Of a stretch of DNA of 64,000 nucleotides, positions 54,886 through 64,000 are shown piece by piece. The DNA comes from the human T2T-CHM13v2.0 reference genome, Homo sapiens. Under the pieces are notes generated by a model. It did no database searches. It was given only the letters and a program-made list of their open reading frames with translations, and was not told the origin of the DNA. Every line of letters starts with the position of its first letter. The first letter of the stretch is position 1. The stretch spans positions 17,120,001-17,184,000 of the forward strand of contig CP068257.2 of NCBI GenBank assembly GCA_009914755.4, read 5' to 3'. Both the position numbers and the translations under genes were made by a program.

Positions 54886-55339
54886 GACAGGCAGATGTAT
54901 ATAAGAATTCCTGCCTTTCAAATTATCTGAATATCCATGCTTTTTCAGGGACTATTAACATACATCAGAAAATAATTCCTCTAAATAAAATATCCCTAGC
55001 ATAAATACTCGGCCAGCGCACAGCTGTATAAGGGCCCTGACATATCAGAGGTGGAGGAAGTCTATAGCATCTTCAGCTCTAGCCCTATACTCTCTATTTT
55101 ATACAGAGAAGCAAGAGATCTGGAAAAGGGGCAGAACCTACTCAGATCCTGATCTCTAGACCCATGGTTCAGAACTATTTTAACTGTGCCATACAGCTTC
55201 AAATAATCCAAAACGAAAAATGTAACAGACAAGAGAGCAATGAAATGTGTTACCTGATCTTAACATATCAGGTAAAATATCTACTAAATGGAGTAGCATG
55301 AAGATAGGTTACAAAGAGAGGAATGGAAACAGGATGCAA

Positions 55340-55409
55340 AAATAGATTGAATGGTTTGGCTCTGTGTCCCCACCCAAATCTCATCTCAAATTGTAATCTC
55401 CACGTGTCA
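55340..55409 (+). mobile_element. Short 5' fragment of a MaLR LTR (THE1/MST-type)
   Basis: attgaatggtttggctctgtgtccccacccaaatctcatctcaaattgtaatctccacgtgtca, then divergent sequence. Confidence 0.5.
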
Positions 55410-58400
55410 TTTATCCTTATGGTTGGTTATTGATTGAACTTTATCTCTGTGATCTTATTATGAACGATTTTGCTCTCTCTGGATGGCAGTAGTCTTAAAT
55501 AGACATATATTTTATGAAAAAAATGTTATTTTTTAACCTACTCCTTCATAAAGAAGTGGAGAAAATGCCACTATTTATAGGAAGATAAAGTAAGTGGACA
55601 TTTTATGAAGGCATACGTTTAAATTAGATGAACACATAAATCTGTTGCTGAAATTACCTGCAAATATACAGAAAATACTCCAGCTCAAGACAATACAACA
55701 CAAATCAGGTAGAAAATTACTTGCCTATAAATCTTAATCTACTGCAATTTTATTTTCCCTCATCTATTTGCCATGTGGCGCTCCTGAATTTTAGGTGCTA
55801 GGTCTATTACTTGGAAATAGGCTTGTCCTAATAAAACTGACGTTTCTAAAGGGCTGTTTTCATAGAATCATGCCCCCATTTCTGAGATCCCTAATTCAAC
55901 ACCTTTGACAGTCTCAATTCTTTGCAGGGTACAATACCAGGAACAAAGGGGAAAATACAAATAAAAGCGAAGAAGAAATGGGAGCAGGGATAAGCTCTTC
56001 AAGTTGTTTTAGTCCTCATAATTCAAAAAGTTATAAAGTTCTCTTACACCGAAACTAAATGTCTCAATTTTAACTCTACTTTTGGTCTTCTATCACTGAC
56101 AGGCAAACTCAGGCAGTCTTTTTTTTTTTTTTTAAGCAAAGCAAATTTTATTACACATAAAATTAATATATCAATATACAATAAGTTACACTGTTTTATC
56201 TTACTGTACATTAATTCAGGAGGCAATTTTTACTTTTTCTTTAATCCCACTTCTTAATCCCAGCAAAACTTTCTCAGGCAGTCTTTTAAATGATTTTTGG
56301 ATAAGTTCTCTCTACCTAAACTTTGATTAATTTTTTTAATTCAACCCCAGATTTTATCTCCAGTAATTGATTGATTATATGTTACACGCACTCAGTTTTC
56401 ATGGAAGTAGTGAAAATCCACCGGTGTTTTTAAGTTAAAGTTTTCATGTAAGAGCATAACATCGAATACCAATGAGCAATCTGAAAGCAGGATGGGATTT
56501 CTTATTCAACTCTTATGAAATTCACACTAGCCAATGAATTCTGTTCCATTTAATCACATCATTTCAATATTTCCTGTGGAAGGCAGCATTTCAGTCGAGC
56601 CAAATCGGGAGACTTCATCTTCATGAAGTACTTCATCTTTGAAAGAGGCTGCTTGTAGTCATGATTTTTCAAGCCTTTTAGGCATCTTTAAGCAGTATAC
56701 TTCAAGATCCCCAGGAACATGTGATATTAAAATAATTTTGTATATTAACATTTGAAACCAGTCAGAAAAAATAGCTTTGCTTTTTATTTAATTATAGATG
56801 CCACAAGCTAACATTTACTTTCATTATTATAGGAGAAATATGAATTGCTATGTAGAAAATGTCAATCGTGCAAAATATGGTATATCAGGCTTTATAAATA
56901 AATATTTCATAAACTAGTTTATGTAATATCAGGAATATTTAAAAACAAGGTTTTGTTTCAAATAAAATTGCATGTCACTGGGTTAAGCACAAGTAGTTTT
57001 CTTTAGTATAAGACTTACTTTCTTTAAAACACAGAAATGCTCCCTAAGTATTCACTAAGAAATACATTATGTGGTATAGCCCAAACTTATTTGACTATGG
57101 GACCTATATTTCTTGGAGCATCTTTCCAGAAGTGAATTCCAAGAAAAAAGATTTTAAAGCATAGTATGAATAAAAGCAGTAATAGCATACTTCATTAACT
57201 TTAATACTTGTAGATGTTTTATTTCCTGTCTTTCCTTCTCAAATAGGAGTACATCTTTTAGAAAAAAATGGGTAATTTGAAATATGTCTTTGTACATTAT
57301 CACAAAACATAATACCTGAAGATGGCAATTGTTAGTAGTAAAGCCTTTGTTTTTTCTGTTTTGTTTTTTCAGTTTAGCAGTGATATACTGAACTGATAGT
57401 AATGTTCAACTGCACACTAGTCATTTGCTTATAAATCCAAGATAGCTCTAAAATACTCACCAAAATATTTTCTGTTAACTGCTTGGTCAAAATTTTATCC
57501 TTGCAACTAATTTTTCTCCCACCTTCTTATTTGATAAAAAAAATTGCAATGTACTAGCAAGATTGGGTCAGTTAGAAAAATTCAAATATCTCTGTTACAT
57601 GGTTAAATTTTTTTTAAAGTCAGGCTACTTAATAATTTTCATCTCATAGGTATTTCTTTACCAGCCTGTCAATGTCATAAGAAAATAGTTATTTTCAGAC
57701 AATGAAAGTGTAAAGTGAGGAATTTTCACAAAAGTATTTATTAAAATGTGAGAAAGTATTCGAAGCTGTGAATAGGATATACCTTCAGGATGATTATTTT
57801 TGCAGGTCAAAATAAAATGGCAGTGGCAGATTTCTTGAAAAAGAAACAAATGCTGATGAGTTGAGGAAGTGAGAGGACAAACTAAAACCTACAATTTTTT
57901 TTAGAAATAGCTACTTTAAAGTTTTAAACGACTCACATAAAATGAATTCTATTAACCCATTTATATATGATATAATTTTGGAGTGCTTTATAAGTTCTCA
58001 CTGATTTTACCGCTGACACTAAGTAGTAAGCCTTTTTGTTGTTGTAGCTCCATCTTAGAATATCTCCATCCCAAGAATCTTTAAACAAATTGAATTTACA
58101 AAAGAAGTCAATTTTTGTTGTTGTTGAGGTGAAATCGTGTCATCAATATACATAGGTACCTTCTTTAATTTTTAGGAATGTTCATATATATGTAAGACAA
58201 CATTATTTCAGTTGGCTTAGAAAATAATTTTTTCTGGTGAATTTATATTTTTGTTATTTTGATCCTAAGTTTAAAAATATATTCAGATGACCAACAAATA
58301 CACCCAAATTGAAGATTTTAAAAATTGTTTTTCTTGTTTGTTTATGTGCTCATTAGTTTATGTTCTTTTAGAGGGACAGAAAAAAATGTTGTTCTTAACA

Positions 58401-60047
58401 CTTTCGAGATAATTAAAGGAGACAAAAAATATGTGGAATATTCATTTCAGCTATAGAACTAATACTGTTTTGGTTTTATATGAGCACTCACTGAGTCCTG
58501 TCCTCCAGACCTTAAAAATACCCTTGTGGTGTCAAACATTATAGAGGTTATAAACAGAAGTATTGATTTTTTAAATAATATTAAATCATTGAAAACTGAT
58601 GATAGAAAAATTGGAAGATTTTTGAGATTAAATAAACCAGGCTGCTAATATGTGGACCTGCTTCAAGCAAGCTTAGTAATTAATATTGCATCCTGTTCAA
58701 CTTTTTCAAGTTTCAGAATCAGAGGAGAACCAAATAATTTTCAACCGTTTTTATTGTTGCCGTTGTTTTGTTTTATTTAGTTTTGATTTTATTGGAGTAT
58801 AAATTGTTAACCCTACTTAGCAGTCTTCGGACTGGCTCAAATATTTTTCTCTCTTCTTTGGTTGTATATGCTCACTCTGCCTCCTTTGTTTATAGTTTTC
58901 ATATAATAGTTACATGTTCCTCTCCCCACTTAGGGCTACCAGAAATAATACAAATGAAGAGCCTCTCATCTCTTCAAAAATAGGAGATACAAAATCCCAT
59001 CAAGTTTCATATCTGTGTCTTCATATTAACCTCTTTGGTGGGTATAGACCATGGTTTGTTTGGCTTGTTATTTACACTAAATTCAAATGTAAAGCACAAC
59101 CTCATTCAAAACAGTAATGAAAGATGAAATAGATAGTACATAAATACCTGACTAATAAATATCAATAAATGAATGAATATATAGATGAAAGTTGTAGTAA
59201 GAAGCTTCCCAGAATATCTGATGGACTCTAAGCATCGTCTTCCCTTCTGCTTCACTTGCTACAAATGATTTGTGTTCCATCAGGGTACAATTTCCCAGGG
59301 AGCTTCTTAAATATGCAGACTCAAGGTCACACTATTTCTCTTCTACCCTAACTCCCTGCCTCCTCTGCCCCTGACACACACAAACAAAGATTTGAGAGGG
59401 TCTAGGAATTAGAACTTAATGCAGGTTGTTCATGAATTTTATACCAAACACTCTAATCACTGGAGTCAGAATAGTCAAGAAAAAGATATATATTTGAATG
59501 TGGTTTGCCACTTATTTTAAATCAGTCTCATGAATAGAACAAAAAATAAAATAAAAAAGTGTTTCCTTTTAAACACAAGCCATGGTTTTGAGTTAAATAA
59601 ATCTATTTTTCTCCCAAGAACATAAAGAACCATCTTGTCTCTATTTTGCTAATTGAAGGCCATGGATTTGAAGTCTCCTAATCACTTCTCAACTCTTCTT
59701 TTGCAAATTGTGTTTCCTGAAAATAGACTGGAATTGCGTATTCAAATGAAGGTAGTTTCATGGAGTATGATCCTGGGATTGATTCCTTTGGAATGAAAGG
59801 AAAGGAAGCAGGATTGGGAAAGAGAAAAGGTGGGCTGTGAAGAAAACTCAGCAAAGTCTTCAGCCAGCCCCTTGAGTACAGTGAAGCTTGCACATTGTGG
59901 CCAAGGGGCTGGGCCTTCACACTCCCACTATATCCATTCATCATTAAATATGGGCTGCCCCCAAAAAGGGAATCTGGCTTTAGGCCAGGCAACACTTTCC
60001 AGAGCTTTCTCACATTGGAGGCTGTCAGCTGCTAGCATCCCTAATAG

Positions 60048-60444
<397 letters not shown>

Positions 60445-60490
60445 AATTTTATATTTTCTTTAAATATGTCCCCCTATATCCCTTTCATTC

Positions 60491-62275
60491 TTTTTTTAAA
60501 AATTAATATTATGTTTTTATTATACTTTAAGTTCTGGGATACATGTGCAGAAAGTGCAGGTTTGTTACATAGGTATGCATGTGCCATGGTGGTTTGCCAC
60601 ACCCATCAACCCATCATCTAGCTTTTAAGCCCCACATGCATTAGGTATTTGTCCTAATGCTCTCCTTCCCCTTGTCCCTCACCCCTCAACAGATCCCGGT
60701 GTGTGATGTTCCCCTCCCTGTGTCCATGTGTTCTCATTGTTCAACTCCCACTTATGAGAGAGAACATGTGGTGTTTGGTTTTCTGTTCCTGTGTTAGTTT
60801 GCTGAGAATGATGGTTTGCAGCTTCATCCATGTCCCTGTAAAGGACATAATCTCATCCTTTTTATGGCTGCATAGTATTCCATGGTATACATGTGCCACA
60901 TTTTCTTTATCCAGTTTATCATTGATAAGCATTTGTGTTGGTTCCAAGTCTTTGCTATTGTGAATAGTGCTTCAATAAACATACATGTGCATGTGTCTTT
61001 ATAGTAGAATGATTTATATTCCTTTGTGTCTATACCCAGTAATGGGATTGCTGGGTCAAAAGGTATTTCCGGTTCTAGATCCTTGAGGAATAAACTTACT
61101 GTCTTCCACAATGGCTGAACTAATTTACACTCCCAACAGTGTAAAAGCATTCCTATTTCTCCACATCCTCTCCAACATCTGTTGTTTCCTGACTTTTTAA
61201 TGGTTGCCATTCTAACTGGCATGAGATGGTGTCTCATTGTGGTTTTGATTTGCATTTCTCAAATGACCAGTGATGATGAGCTTTTTTTTTATATATGTTT
61301 GTTGGCTGCATAAATGTCTTCTTTTGAGAACCATCTGTTCATATTCTTTGCCCACTTTTTGTTGGGGTTGTTTGTTTTTTCTTGTACATTTGTTTAAATT
61401 CCTTGTAGATTTCTGGATATTAGCCCTTCATCAGATGGATAGATTGCCAAAATTTTCTCCTATTCTGTAGGTTGCCTGTTCACTCTGATGATAGTTTCTT
61501 TTGCTGTGCAGATGCTCTTTACTTTAATTAGATCCCATTTGTCAATTTTGGCTTTTGTTGCAATTGCTTTTGCCATTTTTCATCAGGAAGTCTTTGCCCA
61601 TGGCTATGTCCTGAATGGTATTGCCTAGGTTTTCTTCTAGGGTTTTCATGGTCTTAGGTTTTACATTTAAATCTTTAATCCATCTTGAGTTAATTTTTGT
61701 ATAAGGTGTAAGGAAGGGGTCCAGTTTCAGTTTTCTGCATATGGCTAGCCAGATTTCCCAGTACCATTTATTAAATAGGGAACTCTTTCCCCATTGTTTA
61801 TTTTTGTCAGGTTTGTTGAAAATCAGATGTTTGTAAATGTGTGGTGTTATTTCTGAGGCCTCTGTTCTGTTCCATTGGTGTATATAACTGTTTTGGTACC
61901 AATGCCATGCTGTTTCAGTTACTGTAGCCTTGTGTTATAGTCTGAAGTTGGGTAGCATGATGTCTCCACCTTTTTCTTTTTGCTTAGGATTGTCGTGGCT
62001 ATACAGGCTCTTTTTTGGTTCCATATGAAATTTAAAGTAGTTTTTTCTAGTTTTGTGAAGAAAGTCATTAGTAGCTTGATGGGAGTAGCACTGAATCTAT
62101 AAATTACTTTGGGCAGTATGGCCATTTTCACAATATTGATTTTTCTATCCATGAGCATGGAATGTTTTTCCAGTTGTTTGTGTCCTCTCTTATTTACCAA
62201 TTGCTACAAAGAAAATAAAATACCTAGGGATACAACTTACAAAGGATGTGAAGGACCTCTTCAGGGAGGAGAACT
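60491..62275 (-). mobile_element. L1 (L1PA-type, intermediate age) 3' insertion, antisense, with 5' inversion: body 60491-62196 antisense (poly-T at left end), 79-bp segment 62197-62275 in sense orientation
   Basis: tttttttaaaaattaatattatgtttttattatactttaagttctgggatacatgtgcagaaagtgcaggtttgttacataggtat... (antisense L1 3'UTR/ORF2; track ORF 60824..61255(-) = ORF2 C-terminus ..[53 protein letters not shown]..); at about 62196/62197 antisense ..ccagttgtttgtgtcctctcttatttac switches to sense caattgctacaaagaaaataaaatacctagggatacaacttacaaaggatgtgaaggacctcttcagggaggagaactat, which is the L1 sequence lying immediately 5' of the body breakpoint (about 17 bp lost at junction); flanking direct repeat ATATCCCTTTCATTC (60476-60490) / ATATCCCCTTCATTG (62276-62290). 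Confidence 0.9.
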
Positions 62276-62648
62276 ATATCCCCTTCATTGTTTATGTGTA
62301 TTTTCTGGTCTATATATACTCATTTGAGGCCTTCTAATGACTTTCTCATATAGTGACTTAAACATATATACAGATAGAGAAATGTAGAATAACATGTACA
62401 TAAATATACATATATCAGTTCTCCACAGAGAAACCACTTGCCCTTGAGACAGGAATAGTAACAAATAGTTATTTGAATATGCAAACAGTTAGCACTAAAT
62501 TTATGTTTATTAGGGATTATTGTATTTATTTTTCATATACAGGGATCATAAAAATTGTTACTCAAGTGCATTTTGGTTTATTTCTTAAACGTTAAATATT
62601 TCTTAAATGTATGTGATGCAACAAAACATTAAGATATTGGTAATTGTG

Positions 62649-62686
62649 ATTGCTACTCAGCCTTTTGGCTAATATCAAGTGAAGAT
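62649..62686 (+). pseudogene. Possible U2 snRNA-like 5' fragment (about 37 nt)
   Basis: attgctactcagccttttggctaatatcaagtgaagat vs U2 5' end ATCGCTTCTCGGCCTTTTGGCTAAGATCAAGTGTAGTAT (about 32/37 identical); similarity is lost downstream. Confidence 0.3.
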
Positions 62687-64000
62687 ATTGGTAATGGTTG
62701 AAACAGAGTGTTGAGTATGTGGGATCACTGTAATATTTTATATATTTTGCATATGTTTGAAGATAATCTTAATAAAATGCTTAAAATATTTTATCTAAAA
62801 GAAAGTACATGTAAAATGACACCGCTGGCGATTTTTTTACTGTCATGGTATAACAAAAAAGATGATGGCAGAAGACAATTCGGTTCACATTAAAATAAAA
62901 TTTTTGCAACGTGTAAGTGAGAAAAAACCTGGTAAAATTTTGAGAGGAATAAGACACTGGAGTATTTATACTGAAGATTGAATGAACAATTAAAATATTC
63001 TAAAGTAGATTTATGAAGAAAGTTAAATATATAGAGACCATGAAAACATTAAAAGTTAATGTTACAAAGCAACAAGATACTGTCAAATTAAATTATAGGA
63101 ATCCTTTCTAATCCACTAAGAGATAAATATTTGAAAATATTCACATGTATCTACAGTCACATAACCAAATTTAAATTAGCTTGCGTCTTCTACTTTCTCA
63201 TTTTGGCCCACTGGTCCATGGTTATTACACACCAGCAGCATTAATTTTGCAGGTAAAATCTCTTAAATTTTCTTTTCAACTTTACTTTCCATTTCCAGGC
63301 CTGTACCCACAGAGACACATGACACAACACTCCTAGTGCTATAGGAACAATGAATACTAAATAGCTGCTATAAATACAGGCATCATAACATCAAATTTAG
63401 TGCCACGTGATTTCAGTTGGTTTTCATATTCTTATGCAACTCACCTCTCTATATATGGCTTCCAGTTTTTAATAAATCCATTGCTATATTTTATGTTTGC
63501 AAAGGGTTATTACAGGTTACCTAACACAGTAGACTGGACTGGAAGGTTAATAACGGATTTGCTTTGCAAAATGTCACACAAATTGATGCAATCAGACAAG
63601 ACAGGCCATGGTCCAAAAGTAATTCATTTATAAAGGTACTAATACTCTAATCAATTCTAATCCAAAAATATCTGAAAATGACATTTGTCCTGTAATCTTG
63701 TGAACATTATGTAGAGTGGAAAAGCCAGCATGGAATGAACAGAGAATTTGTTTAGCAAACACTGTAATCACTGGAGTTGGAATAGTCAAAGAAAAAGATA
63801 TATATTTGAGTGTGGTTTACCACTTATTTAAATCAATCTCATGAATGGAACAAAAAATAACACATTTTATGATGAATTTCTTATCTTAGGTATAGGGTTA
63901 GCTCTTCCAATAGAGGCTGATTATTTGTGAAATGTTTACATTTCCTAGGGAGAAGAGATAGATTTTCCAATAATTTTATGAACTATTCTGTGTAGTTGGG

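Noticed and set aside
60824-61255. 143-aa minus-strand ORF
   Set aside because: It is the L1 ORF2 C-terminus of the antisense L1 at 60491-62275 ([35 protein letters not shown]...).

Overview
This window reads as primate, most likely human or great-ape, nuclear DNA from an AT-rich, CpG-poor, gene-desert-like interval. It is not a prokaryotic or accessory-genome region. It is dominated by interspersed repeats. There are at least 11 Alu elements, several of them AluY-like and therefore ape-specific. There are three L1 3' segments, and the two younger ones both carry 5' inversions with recognisable target-site duplications. There are three complete or near-complete ERVL-MaLR LTR-int-LTR elements and several solo MaLR LTRs. 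One MaLR element carries a nested ERV pol/dUTPase fragment and its LTR. DNA transposon relics include two Tigger1 pieces, a Tigger2/MER28-like non-autonomous element and a MADE1 mariner MITE, the family that gives rise to mir-548 hairpins. There are also (CA)n/(TG)n microsatellites and small tandem duplications. I found no supportable protein-coding exon, rRNA, tRNA, CRISPR array or CpG island. Every ORF of 140 aa or more in the six-frame track that I could place falls inside an L1 or a MaLR element, and the ERV dUTPase remnant is frameshifted across two shorter ORFs. I found no evidence of a novel biological system. The items most worth checking are the MADE1 hairpin as a miR-548 locus, the two twin-primed L1s, the nested MaLR/ERV composite, two low-copy local duplications at 51.9/55.2 kb and 59.4/63.8 kb, a 25-bp-stem inverted repeat near 29.25 kb and a U2 snRNA-like 5' fragment. 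All coordinates were counted by hand and are approximate to about ±5 bp. Family assignments come from memory of consensus sequences, not from a search.
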